A DNA stretch of 64,000 nt from Halobacteriales archaeon SW_5_70_135 (GCA_003022865.1 PXSK01000041.1:48475-112474), one strand, 5' to 3'; shown: positions 1-12,129, counted from the stretch's first letter. Notes: a model not told the origin generated them from the sequence alone. Program-made: numbers and translations.

Positions 1-3120
<3,120 letters not shown>

Positions 3121-3416
3121 ATGCCCGTCAGTGGTCCCGCGCGGGGCTTGTAACTGTCGTTGTCCGACGGTCGGACCCGCGAGAGTGCCGGACCCGGTCG
3201 GCCGTCCGACGTCCCGGCTACGCCCGCGACGACGGTCCGACCGCAGGTCGCACACGGTGCTTCGTAGAACCGCTCGGCCGCCAGGAAGCCCGGCTTCGAC
3301 CCGACGTCTCGGCTAGAGATCGCCGCTCTCCTCATGATCGCCTCACTCTCCGGACAGTCACCCATGCCACCGCTCCGGGCCGGTCGACAGAAAGTCGACG
3401 CCGGTCGGGTCAGTCC

Positions 3417-3746
3417 TCAGTCCTCGTCCATCAGGTCGATCCCGATGGCCCGCTTGATCTGTTCGCGCAGACCGCTGCCGGCCTCGCCGCCCAGCACGAC
3501 GACGACCGGCTCGACGCTCTGCTCGACCCGCTCGCGGACGCCCCGGGAGAGATGCTCCACGTCGTCGTCGTGCATGACGACGATGCCGACGCCGTCGTCG
3601 TCGAGCACGCGCTCGACGGCGTCGTCGAGTTCGTCGGGCTTGTCCTCGTCGCGGACGTCCTCGAAGGTGCGCACGCCGGCCAGTCGGAAACCCGTCGTGA
3701 ACTCCGGACTGCCGACGACGGCGATCTCCTGGCTGTCGGCGCTCAT
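3417..3746 (-). CDS. atpF: A-type ATP synthase subunit F
   Basis: 109 aa, MSADSQEIAVVGSPEFTTGFRLAGV... Its start overlaps the atpC stop by 4 nt. Operon position fits. Confidence 0.88.
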   Translation of the reverse strand: MSADSQEIAVVGSPEFTTGFRLAGVRTFEDVRDEDKPDELDDAVERVLDDDGVGIVVMHDDDVEHLSRGVRERVEQSVEPVVVVLGGEAGSGLREQIKRAIGIDLMDED

Positions 3747-4801
3747 GTGACGAGCTCCTCCTCTATCTCCTCGGGCGAGAGTCCGGCCTCCTTCCCCCGG
3801 GCGATCGCCCGGATGTTCGTCACCTCGCGCTCCTTGGCGACGATGTACGCGAGCACGGGACAGACCGACAGCGGATACCGGCTCGACAGCCGGTCGGCGT
3901 ACGCCAGAAGCGCCCGGTCGACGGCGGTCTCGAACTCCACGAGCGACGCCGCGTCCTCCAGCCCGTCGAGCGCCTCGTCCAGCTCGTCGCCGTAGGTGCT
4001 CTCGCGCACCCGGGCGACGAGCTCGTCGGTGTTCTCGGCCAGCGTGGAGAGTTCGCTCGCCGAGAACAGCCGCCCCCCCTCGATGAAGTAGTCACCCGGG
4101 TCGAGACCGGCGCCGGTCCGGGCGGTCCGCAGGGCGTTGCGGACGTTGAGGAAGTCCACCTCCGCCTGGAGAAACTCGACGTACAGCTCCGTGGCGGGCC
4201 CGACGGCCTCGCCCCCACCCTGCAGTCCGCGCAGCAGGCTCTCGTAGAAGGCACGGTCGATCGCGTTCTCGACGGGGACGAGACTGTTCGTCGCCTCGAA
4301 GTCGGCGTACGCCGCCTCCAGCCCCTCGCCGAAGACCGTCCCTTCCAGCGCCTCGACGACACCCTCGACGCTGCCGGCGTCGATCAGCTCGTCTACGTCG
4401 CCCTCGTCGAGTTCGCCGGCGAGGATGAGGTCGGAGCGGATCTCCTCGGGCGCCGCGTCCGAGTAGAGCCCGCGGACCACCGTCTTGACGTTCCAGTCGT
4501 CGAACTTCCGCAGATAGCGGGCGATCAGGTCGTACAGTCGCCCCTCCGCGAAACGCAGTAGGTCGGCGAAGTGTCGCGCCTGGTTGCGGTTCAGCGCGTA
4601 CTCGATGAGGTCGACGCCGCTGTAGCGGGCGCCCATCCGGTTTATCTCCTCGCCGTACTCCGTCTCCTCCATGAAGCGGGCGATCTCGCTGGGGCCCATC
4701 CGCACCAGGTCGCGGTACTGGTCCTCGTCGAACAGCTTCCGCCGGCGGGAGCGCACCCGCGCGGTGACGTACTCGGGGTTGCTGCCCTCGGCGGCGCTCA
4801 T
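3743..4801 (-). CDS. atpC: A-type ATP synthase subunit C
   Basis: 352 aa, MSAAEGSNPEYVTARVRSRRRKLFDEDQYRDLVRMGPSEIARFMEETEYG. Translationally coupled to atpE and atpF by 4-nt overlaps. Confidence 0.9.
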   Translation of the reverse strand: MSAAEGSNPEYVTARVRSRRRKLFDEDQYRDLVRMGPSEIARFMEETEYGEEINRMGARYSGVDLIEYALNRNQARHFADLLRFAEGRLYDLIARYLRKFDDWNVKTVVRGLYSDAAPEEIRSDLILAGELDEGDVDELIDAGSVEGVVEALEGTVFGEGLEAAYADFEATNSLVPVENAIDRAFYESLLRGLQGGGEAVGPATELYVEFLQAEVDFLNVRNALRTARTGAGLDPGDYFIEGGRLFSASELSTLAENTDELVARVRESTYGDELDEALDGLEDAASLVEFETAVDRALLAYADRLSSRYPLSVCPVLAYIVAKEREVTNIRAIARGKEAGLSPEEIEEELVT

Positions 4802-5466
4802 CGCTCTCCGTCCGTGTCGTCGCTCTCGCTTCCGTCGTCGCCGTCGCCGTCGCTTTCGCCGTCGACGTCAACGTCGACGTCGACGTCGGCGAACAGCCGG
4901 TCGCTCACCTCCCGGAGGTGGTCCTCCCAGACGTCCGCGAGGACGGAGTCGAAGCTGTTGTCCACCCGCACTCGGGAGTCCTCGCCATCGACGACGACGC
5001 CGCCGAGACAGTCGTGGTCGCCGGCGACGGTCGCCTCGTGGTCGGCGGCGTCGGCGATCGACGCCAGCAGGTCGTGGTCGTCCTCGCGGCCGTACACCCG
5101 CAGACGTTCGTCGTCGTCGAACTCCTCGGCGGCGGTCTCGTACAGCGCCCGCGTGAGCCGCTCGCGGCGCTCGCCTTCCAGGTCGACGACGGCGCTCTCG
5201 ACTTGCTCGTGCACGTCGTCGAGGGCGGCGCGGCGCGCTTCGAGACGGGTCTGCTTGGCCTCGAGCTTGGCGGCGGAGACGCGCTGACGGCGGCGCTGTT
5301 CGACCTCCGACTCGGCCTCCGCCTCGGCGGTCGCGACGGTCCCGTCGGCCTCCGTCTCGGCGGCCGTGACGATCTCGTCGGCGCGCTGCCGGGCGGCCTC
5401 GCGGATCTCCGCGGCCTCCTCGCGGGCCTCCTCGCGGATCTCCTCGACGACGGTGTCCAGACTCAT
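4798..5466 (-). CDS. atpE: A-type ATP synthase subunit E, with an acidic DVDVDVD...SDD C-terminal tail
   Basis: MSLDTVVEEIREEAREEAAEIREAARQRADEIV..., a coiled-coil E subunit. The ATG at 5466 overlaps the atpK stop by 1 nt. Confidence 0.88.
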   Translation of the reverse strand: MSLDTVVEEIREEAREEAAEIREAARQRADEIVTAAETEADGTVATAEAEAESEVEQRRRQRVSAAKLEAKQTRLEARRAALDDVHEQVESAVVDLEGERRERLTRALYETAAEEFDDDERLRVYGREDDHDLLASIADAADHEATVAGDHDCLGGVVVDGEDSRVRVDNSFDSVLADVWEDHLREVSDRLFADVDVDVDVDGESDGDGDDGSESDDTDGER

Positions 5467-5744
5467 CACGCGACGAAGGCGACGACCAGCGCGAGCAGCA
5501 CCAGCGTCTCCGGGAGGACCGTTAGTACGAGGGCGGTGCCCAGCCCTATCGAGTCCTCCGCGATCGCGCCGACCGCGGCGGCGCCGATACCCCGCTCCGC
5601 GACGCCGGCGCCGAGCCCGGCCAGCCCGACGGCGATCCCGAGCCCGATGGCAGTGCCTGACTCCTCCGGGATCGCCGGCTGGGCACCCGCCTGTGTTCCT
5701 TCCTGCAGTACGACGCTCGTCAGCTCCGTGAGTGTTCCAAGCAT
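5466..5744 (-). CDS. atpK: A-type ATP synthase proteolipid (c/K) subunit
   Basis: 92 aa with two hydrophobic helices rich in G/A (GLGIAVGLAGLGAGVAERGIGAAAVGAIAE) and a conserved Glu in helix 2 (VLPETLVLLALV). Confidence 0.9.
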   Translation of the reverse strand: MLGTLTELTSVVLQEGTQAGAQPAIPEESGTAIGLGIAVGLAGLGAGVAERGIGAAAVGAIAEDSIGLGTALVLTVLPETLVLLALVVAFVA

Positions 5745-5753
5745 TGTGTTGAG

Positions 5754-8048
5754 TTAGTCCTCAGTGGTGTGGTCTCTGCTGTACCCGAACGGGTCGTAGC
5801 TCCGCCCACCGCCGTCATAAAACTTCCCAAAGAATTCGACGTACTCAAGCCGGACGCCCTGGAGTCCGGCGCTGATGATCCCGAGCGCGAACACGAACAG
5901 GTGCCCGACCACGAGCAGGACGACCCCGGCGAGCAGGCCGACCACGCCGACCAGCCCGCCGCCGGCGTTCATCAGTCCGGCGAACATCACCTCGCCGTGG
6001 GTGGCAGGGTCGGCGTACCCCTCGATGGCGATGAAGTGGAACTCACCCTTCTCGGTCTCGACGGCACCGAAGGCGAGCAGGTTGACGACGAAGGCGAGTC
6101 CGGCCTTCGCCAGCAGCACCGCCATCAGCCGGGCGTACGACAGCACGTTCACCAGCGCCTGCAATACCTCCACCGCGAGCAGCCCCTCGCCGACGATCAG
6201 TGCGACGAAGCCGACGCCGAACGCCGCCAGACCGGCGAGGCCGACGACCTCCGGCAGGCCCGCGAAGCCCAGCGGGATCGCCGCCGCCTCGCCGGTGTCG
6301 AGCACCTCGAACAGGAACTCGGGCTTCTGGCTCCGGGCGTGCGTGCTGAAGATCCACGCCCAGACGCCGAACATCAGCGCCACCCACGACCCCTTCGCGA
6401 AGACGGCCTCGCGGACGCCGTGGCCGTACAGCTCCCTGACGAACCCCAGGACGTGCCCCAGCCCGACGTGCAGTAGGCCGACGAACAGCGACAACACCAG
6501 CCAGCCCGTCGCGAACGCCTGGTACGTCGGCTGCAGCCCCTTGTGGATCGGCGTGTCTTCGACCCCCACGAGCGCGCCGATCGGTCCCTCCCAGACGAGT
6601 TCGCCGAGGAAGTGCAAGCCGAAGAACTCGCCGTACAGCACGCCGAAGACCGCGGTGAACAGACCGGCCCACATCCCGACACCGCCCAGCGCGCTCACCG
6701 CGGGGTTCTCGGAGCGGCTGTACAGCCCGTAGCCGACGAGCATGTACAGCAGGCCGTAGGCCAGATCGCCGATCATGAACCCGAACATCACCGGGAAGGT
6801 GAGAAAGACGATGAAGGTAGGGTCGAACTCCGTGTACTTCGGGCGCTCGGCGGCGTTGACGAGCACCTCCATCGGTTCCGAGTACGCGGGGTTCTCCAGC
6901 AGTGTCGGCGGCGAGTCGCCCATCGTCACCGGCTCACCCCCGCCGGCGCCGTCGGTCGCCGTCGGCGTCGCCGTGGCGGCCGCACTCGCCGTGCCGCCGT
7001 CCGGCGCCGGCGTCGGGTCGCGGTCGCGGTCGCGATCGCGGTCGTGACCGCGGTCGACCTCCTCGGTCGGCTCGCGGTCCTCCGGCTGACCGTCCTCCGT
7101 GTAGCTGGCGCGTTCGAGCTCCTCGAACTCCACGCGGTCGCCGACCGCCTCCCGCAGCGCCGCCTCCAGCTCGTCGACGCGGGGCGTCGGCACCCACCCC
7201 TCCGCGACGAAGCTGTTCGTCGTCGTCGCGAACGACAGCGGTGCCTCGGCCTTCTGTACCCGGATCGAGAGCCGCTCTTCGGCGGCGAGCAGGAACGGGG
7301 CGACCTCCTCGCGCAGGTCGGCGATCTCCGACGCCACCTCGTCGAGGCGGGAGCGGAGCCGCTCGCGGCGCTCCCGCAGCTCGCGGCGCTGTACCTCCGG
7401 GTTCTCGGTGTCGTACTCGGGCACCTGCAGGCGCTCGAAGTCGACGCCGACCAGCGCGTCCTCCAGCGGGTCCGCGTCGGTCCCGTCGACGACGGAGGCG
7501 TCGGTCGGCCGGGCGAAGACGGCGACCACGCCCTCCTCGGCCGTCCTGACGAGACTGTCCGCGACGCCGTCGGCGCCCTCGACGGCCGTCCGCACCGCGT
7601 CGGCGTCGCCGAGGCCGACGGCGGTGACGAGCGTCTCGTAGCCCCCGAGCAGGTCGAAGTCCACGCCGAGGTCGACGAAGGGGTCGATCGTCGACAGGCG
7701 CTCCTCGACCTGGCGGAGCTCCTCCTCGACCTCGGAGCGGCGGTCGTCGAGGTCGTTCGCCCGCCCGCGCACCCGCTCGAGCTCGGCGTCGAGGTCGTCG
7801 ATCTCGTAGCCGCGGTCGACCTCGTCGTCGTCGACGCCCAGCGTCGATTCGAGCGAGCGGACGGTGACGAGCCGCTGTGAGACGTCGTCGGCGCCTTCGA
7901 CGGGGTCGCCCTGCTCGAACCCCGCCCAGGAGCCGTCGTAGTCGGAGAGATGCAGCAGGTGGAGGTCGTGGGTCGTCTCGATCACGTCGTCCATGACCGA
8001 CTCGGCGCCGGTCACGGACACTCTGCTCATCCGCTCAGGTCTGAGCAT
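5754..8048 (-). CDS. atpI: A-type ATP synthase subunit I (a-subunit homologue), with a low-complexity acidic linker insert
   Basis: ORF 5754..8090 trimmed to the ATG at 8048, giving MLRPERMSRVSVTGAES. It has an N-terminal soluble coiled-coil part and a C-terminal polytopic membrane part. It overlaps the atpH stop by 14 nt. Confidence 0.9.
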   Translation of the reverse strand: MLRPERMSRVSVTGAESVMDDVIETTHDLHLLHLSDYDGSWAGFEQGDPVEGADDVSQRLVTVRSLESTLGVDDDEVDRGYEIDDLDAELERVRGRANDLDDRRSEVEEELRQVEERLSTIDPFVDLGVDFDLLGGYETLVTAVGLGDADAVRTAVEGADGVADSLVRTAEEGVVAVFARPTDASVVDGTDADPLEDALVGVDFERLQVPEYDTENPEVQRRELRERRERLRSRLDEVASEIADLREEVAPFLLAAEERLSIRVQKAEAPLSFATTTNSFVAEGWVPTPRVDELEAALREAVGDRVEFEELERASYTEDGQPEDREPTEEVDRGHDRDRDRDRDPTPAPDGGTASAAATATPTATDGAGGGEPVTMGDSPPTLLENPAYSEPMEVLVNAAERPKYTEFDPTFIVFLTFPVMFGFMIGDLAYGLLYMLVGYGLYSRSENPAVSALGGVGMWAGLFTAVFGVLYGEFFGLHFLGELVWEGPIGALVGVEDTPIHKGLQPTYQAFATGWLVLSLFVGLLHVGLGHVLGFVRELYGHGVREAVFAKGSWVALMFGVWAWIFSTHARSQKPEFLFEVLDTGEAAAIPLGFAGLPEVVGLAGLAAFGVGFVALIVGEGLLAVEVLQALVNVLSYARLMAVLLAKAGLAFVVNLLAFGAVETEKGEFHFIAIEGYADPATHGEVMFAGLMNAGGGLVGVVGLLAGVVLLVVGHLFVFALGIISAGLQGVRLEYVEFFGKFYDGGGRSYDPFGYSRDHTTED

Positions 8049-8367
8049 GCACCGCCTCCTCGAAGCGTTCGAGCACGTACTCGACGACATCGTCGCCGCG
8101 GTCGTCGGCCGCCACGACGAGCCGTTCGCGCTCCCGCTCGCCGCCGTCGAGTACGTCCTCGCGTTCGGCCGCTATCTCCGGCTCTGCCTCCTCCAGTCGA
8201 CGCTTTCGGACCTCCTCGGCCTCCTCCTCGGCGGCCTGGCGGACCTCCTCGGCCTCCTCGCGGGCCTCTTCGAGGATCCGCTCGCGCTCGCGCTCGGCCT
8301 CCTCGATCGTCCGTTCGGCCTCCCGCTCCGCGTCTTTGATCCGCTCTAGCACCTCTGGTCTCGGCAT
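8035..8367 (-). CDS. atpH: A-type ATP synthase subunit H
   Basis: 110 aa E/R-rich helical protein (MPRPEVLERIKDAEREAERTIEEAERERERILEEAREEAEE). It is the first gene of the atpHIKECFAB order. Confidence 0.82.
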   Translation of the reverse strand: MPRPEVLERIKDAEREAERTIEEAERERERILEEAREEAEEVRQAAEEEAEEVRKRRLEEAEPEIAAEREDVLDGGERERERLVVAADDRGDDVVEYVLERFEEAVHAQT

Positions 8368-8390
8368 TTGCCCCTCGGTAGCCCGCTGCG

Positions 8391-8396
8391 CTATAT
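8391..8396 (-). promoter_or_regulatory. Candidate TATA box of the atp operon (leaderless-type spacing)
   Basis: The reverse strand reads TATAGC starting about 28 nt upstream of the atpH ATG (8367). It is the only A/T-rich patch in the 76-nt divergent spacer. Confidence 0.3.
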
Positions 8397-8443
8397 GGTA
8401 GTTGCGGAGTCGATCGGACAGGCTTAGGTGAATCCGCCCCTAC

Positions 8444-9136
8444 GTGCCGGTGATGGGCGTTCTCGAGGACAAGGCCCGCGCCAGGCTCTTTTATAAGTAC
8501 CTCTCGCGGGTGTACGACCGCGTGAACCCGGTCGTCTGGACCGAGGCGATGCGCGACGAGGCGGTCGCCATGCTCGATCTGGCCGCCGACGACCGCGTGC
8601 TCGACGTCGGCTGTGGCACCGGCTTCGCCACCGAGGGCCTGCTCGAGGCGGTCGAGACGGTGTACGGGATCGACCAGAGCCCCCACCAACTGGCGCAGGC
8701 GTACCCGAAGTTCGGCAAGCGCGGTCCCGCCCGCTTCCATCTCGGCGACGCCGAGCGCCTGCCGTTCGAGGACGACGCCTTCGACGTCGTCTGGTCCTCC
8801 GGCTCGATCGAGTACTGGCCCGACCCCGTGGCGACGCTGCGGGAACTGCGCCGGGTCGCCCGTCCGGGCGGTCAGGTGCTCGTCGTCGGCCCCAACGAGC
8901 CGACCGGTCGAGTCCGTCGTGCGCTCGCGAACGCGATGATGCTGTTCTACACCGAGGCGGAGGCCGAACGGATGTTCGCGGCGGCCGGCTTCGCCGACGT
9001 GCGACACCGGCTGCTCGGCCCCGACTACGCGCCCACGATCGCCATCGCGACGCTGGCTCGCGTCCCCGAGGAGCCGGTTCCGGCCGGGGACGCCGCCGGC
9101 GAGACGGACGCCACGCCGGCCGGCGCCGACGACTGA
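8444..9136 (+). CDS. Class I SAM-dependent methyltransferase, MPBQ/MSBQ (VTE3)-like quinone methyltransferase family
   Basis: SAM motif I VLDVGCGTGF. The LFYKYLSRVYDRVNPVVWTEAMRDEA...DQSPHQLAQA...GDAERLPFEDDAFDVVWSSGSIEYWPDP pattern matches that family. The start may instead be the ATG at 8453. Confidence 0.8.
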   Translation: MPVMGVLEDKARARLFYKYLSRVYDRVNPVVWTEAMRDEAVAMLDLAADDRVLDVGCGTGFATEGLLEAVETVYGIDQSPHQLAQAYPKFGKRGPARFHLGDAERLPFEDDAFDVVWSSGSIEYWPDPVATLRELRRVARPGGQVLVVGPNEPTGRVRRALANAMMLFYTEAEAERMFAAAGFADVRHRLLGPDYAPTIAIATLARVPEEPVPAGDAAGETDATPAGADD

Positions 9137-9181
9137 GAGCGCCGGACCGTGTCGGTGCGTTCGAGCCGACGCCCGCCCGTC

Positions 9182-10513
9182 TCAGTCGCCGGCGTCCACC
9201 CGTCCGTTCGCCTGCGCCTGCGTCTCCGTCCCTGTGTCCCCGACGGTGACGTTGACCGTGCGGTCGCCGGTGTCGACGGTCATTTCGACCGGCGCCGTCC
9301 CGACGACGAGCCAGAGGTCGCCCTCGGTCGTCGTGCCGACGGTGCGGTCGCCGACGCTGACGGTCGCCTCGACCGGGTTGTCGGTGAGGTTGTCCCTGAC
9401 GCGGACGCGAGTCGGGTCTCGCCCGTCGACGCGGTCGACGGTCACGCGGAGGCTCTCGACGGTGCGGTCGACCGCCGACCGGGTGTGCACCTGGTCGAGT
9501 TCGAGTCGCTGCACCTCGCGGTAGATCTCGCCCGTGTCGCGGTTGAGGTAGACGCGGACCCGTCCCTGTGGGTGCGGGAACTCCGCGACGAACAGCCGTC
9601 GCTCGACCAGAGAGATGGAGTGACGCTGTGACGCCGTGAACGCGTAGGGGTAGAGCACGCCCAGTCGGTCGACGACCTCGCGGGTGGTGTCGAGGGACTC
9701 GCCGTCGCCGCCCCGGTAGCGGTCGAACCTGATGACCTCGCGGACGTACGCTCCGTCGACGACGGTCTCCAGAGCCAGCCCCTCCTCGGTCGTGCTCACC
9801 CCGACCTCGCCCCCAGTGTCGCCGACAGCGCCGTCCGCGATGCGCTCGCGGACCGGACTCCGGAACATCGACAGCCGCCGGTCGAGCGTGCCGATCTCGG
9901 TCTCCAGCTCGAAGGTGAGCGAGCCGTCGGCGCGTCGCTGCAGTTCGGACAGCGTGCGACGGTGCTCGGCGGCCGCCAGGTGGACGGCCGCGAGCCGACG
10001 GAACAGCCCCGCTCGGTCGGTCGCGCCGTCCCGGTACGCCCGGACGGCGGCGACCTCGCGGTCCCGGAGACGGTCGACCGCCAGCCGCGTCTCTTCGAGA
10101 ATCTGCCGTACCGCCGCCCGACGCTCCGCGTCCGTCGTCGCCGAGTCGAGCAGCTCCCGGACGCGGTAGCGACCGAACCGCACCCGCAGTTCGTCGTCGC
10201 CGACGGCGACGGCCGTGCCGAGCCGCGTGGTCGGTCTCGCCGTCTCGCTCGTCAGCTCGCCGGGGCCGAGACCGAGCCGTGTCGGCGTCTCGTTCGTCGC
10301 GTCGAGGCCGGCGGCGACGGGCGCTGCTCCGGCGCCCGTGCCCGCCGCGGGGCCGGAGAGGCTGCTCCCCTCCGGCGCGGTCGTCGCGCCCGTCGTCCCC
10401 GTCCACGTCCAGGTCCAGGTCCACGCGCCGGGTGCCGCCACGGCCGCCGCTCCGGCGGCGAGGACGACCACCACGACGGCCGCCAGCCCGACCTGTCGGC
10501 GAGCGTGACTCAT
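9182..10513 (-). CDS. Secreted/cell-surface protein: signal peptide, helical domain, beta-rich C-terminal part. Partner P1 of the TM-wHTH module.
   Basis: 443 aa. N-terminal MSHARRQVGLAAVVVVVLAAGAAAVAAPG signal. The helical segment ATTDAERRAAVRQILEETRLAVDRLRDRE...AYRDG...FRRLAAV resembles the protein at 56360. Confidence 0.7.
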   Translation of the reverse strand: MSHARRQVGLAAVVVVVLAAGAAAVAAPGAWTWTWTWTGTTGATTAPEGSSLSGPAAGTGAGAAPVAAGLDATNETPTRLGLGPGELTSETARPTTRLGTAVAVGDDELRVRFGRYRVRELLDSATTDAERRAAVRQILEETRLAVDRLRDREVAAVRAYRDGATDRAGLFRRLAAVHLAAAEHRRTLSELQRRADGSLTFELETEIGTLDRRLSMFRSPVRERIADGAVGDTGGEVGVSTTEEGLALETVVDGAYVREVIRFDRYRGGDGESLDTTREVVDRLGVLYPYAFTASQRHSISLVERRLFVAEFPHPQGRVRVYLNRDTGEIYREVQRLELDQVHTRSAVDRTVESLRVTVDRVDGRDPTRVRVRDNLTDNPVEATVSVGDRTVGTTTEGDLWLVVGTAPVEMTVDTGDRTVNVTVGDTGTETQAQANGRVDAGD

Positions 10514-10641
10514 CGTTCGTCGATACGCACGCCACTACTAAAACCGGTCGGAGACCGTCGTCCGCTCGTCACCGCCTGACACGGCCGGATTCCGGGGATG
10601 GAAAGCGTTTTGCCGTCAGAGGCGGCACCGGGGATACACAG

Positions 10642-12129
10642 ATGTGGCCCTGCCGGCCCCGCCGGGCCGTCGTCGTGGTCGCGACGCTCGCGGTCGTGAC
10701 CTCCGGCGTCGGTCTCGGTACCGCCCTCCACCCCTCCGCCGGCACCTCCCTGACCACGACTGCGGCCGTGGCCGCGAACGACGAGTCCGTCCGCGCCCCC
10801 GGAGCGGTCGTGTCGACGCCGGCGGTCCGGACCGCCGCACAGGAGCGACCGGACCCCCCGACGGTAGTCCGGGTGAACCTCACCAGCGACGGCGACGCCC
10901 GGTGGCGAATCGTCACCCGGATCGCGCTGGAGGACCGAACCGACCGGGCGGCGTTCCGGGCGTTCGTCGCCGACCTGCGCGACGGGGAGACTCCGGCGCC
11001 GCGGGTGGGTTACTCGCCGGAAACGTTCCGCCGGTTCGCCGACCGCGTCGCGGCCGACACCGGTCGCTCCGACATGGAGGTCGTCGACCCGCGGTGGAAC
11101 GGCACCGTCCGCGACGACACCGGCGAACTGTGGCTGTCGTTCACGTGGACGAACTTCGCCCGCACCGACGGCGACCGCGTGCTGCTGGACGACGTGTTCC
11201 GAACCGACCTCGGCTGGTTCACCTCGCTGCCCGAGAATCAGCGACTCGTGATCGCGCCGCCGCCGGGCTACGCCGTCACCGAGAGCCCCTTCCCGATCGA
11301 GGGCACGGGGACGATCCGCATCGACGGCCCCGACGACGTGCCCGACGGACTGACCGCCGAGAACGTCTCCGTCGTCTACGAACCGACGGCGGTCACCTCG
11401 ACGTCGACGACCGACCCCCCGACCGGGGAGGGTGTGAACGTCGGCCTCCTCGGCGGCCTCGTCGCCGTCGTCCTCGTCGTGCTCGGGGCCGCCTACCTGG
11501 TGCGACGCGACCCCGACTTCGGTCCCGACCCCGACCACGACGGCTCGCCGGCCGCCGACTCCGGTCCCGACACCGGCGGGTCGTCGGGTGCCGGCACGGA
11601 GACGGCGGCCGACGCCGCCGACGGACCGACCGCCGGCGAGGTCGGCGGCTCCGCGCCGGCGCCCGACGGCGAGCCGACGCCGGCGACAGGCGAGGAGGGA
11701 GACGGCGCGACCGCCGACGGAGCGCACGCCGAGGCGACGGACGACGGTCCGACCGCCGATGCCGACGCCGACGCCCGCACGGAGTCGGAGCCGGACGCGG
11801 ACGACGCCGCGCCCGTCGACGAGACACTGCTGAGCGACGAGGAACGCGTCGAGCGGCTGCTCGCCGACAACGGCGGTCGGATGAAGCAGGCGCGGATCGT
11901 CTCCGAGACGGGCTGGTCGAACGCGAAGGTCTCCCAGCTGCTGTCCTCGATGGACGACGCGGACCGCGTCGACAAGCTCCGGATCGGCCGGGAGACCGGC
12001 CACCGGGGACGGCGTCTCCGTTGCCGTCGCCGTCACCGTCAGTTGCCCTGGATCGCGTCGATCACCATCGCGGCCGCGACGACGGTCTCCTTCGGGACGC
12101 CGCTCGCGTCGTCGATGGTGATCTCGTAG
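10642..12129 (+). CDS. Membrane-anchored winged-helix regulator T1: N-terminal TM/signal anchor, extracytoplasmic domain, TM, acidic linker, C-terminal wHTH
   Basis: ATG at 10642 (MWPCRPRRAVVVVATLAVVTSGVGLG). Second TM is GLLGGLVAVVLVVLGAAYLV. The wHTH is LLSDEERVERLLADNGGRMKQARIVSETGWSNAKVSQLLSSMDDADRVDKLRIGRE. It is a paralogue of 54881..56215. The 3' end is uncertain (see findings). Confidence 0.7.
   Translation: MWPCRPRRAVVVVATLAVVTSGVGLGTALHPSAGTSLTTTAAVAANDESVRAPGAVVSTPAVRTAAQERPDPPTVVRVNLTSDGDARWRIVTRIALEDRTDRAAFRAFVADLRDGETPAPRVGYSPETFRRFADRVAADTGRSDMEVVDPRWNGTVRDDTGELWLSFTWTNFARTDGDRVLLDDVFRTDLGWFTSLPENQRLVIAPPPGYAVTESPFPIEGTGTIRIDGPDDVPDGLTAENVSVVYEPTAVTSTSTTDPPTGEGVNVGLLGGLVAVVLVVLGAAYLVRRDPDFGPDPDHDGSPAADSGPDTGGSSGAGTETAADAADGPTAGEVGGSAPAPDGEPTPATGEEGDGATADGAHAEATDDGPTADADADARTESEPDADDAAPVDETLLSDEERVERLLADNGGRMKQARIVSETGWSNAKVSQLLSSMDDADRVDKLRIGRETGHRGRRLRCRRRHRQLPWIASITIAAATTVSFGTPLASSMVIS

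Noticed and set aside
6900-7060. Low-complexity acidic inserts and tails: AtpI DRDRDRDR/TATPTAT linker, the AtpB EGEGEGG insert near 780-850, the AtpE and UvrA D/E tails, and DADADAD tracts at about 20570.
   Set aside because: This is a common haloarchaeal adaptation (acidic spacers on conserved proteins) that arises from simple GAC/GAG-type microsatellite expansion. It is noted but not considered unusual.
10380-10440. The TWTWTWT tract after the P1 signal peptide as a functional repeat.
   Set aside because: It is a very short (gtccag)n-type slippage tract at the signal-peptide/mature-protein junction, and there is no further evidence of function.
8424-10535. Very long ORFs with R/P/G/A-rich translations. 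Examples are 8424..10535 (703 aa), 10644..12551, 20102..22507 (801 aa), 36255..39005 (916 aa), 55595..58231 (878 aa) and 44431..45756.
   Set aside because: They lie antisense or out of frame to genes with clear family motifs. Their basic Arg/Pro-rich composition is the opposite of the acidic proteome seen in every recognisable gene here. This is the stop-poor shadow-ORF effect of high GC content.
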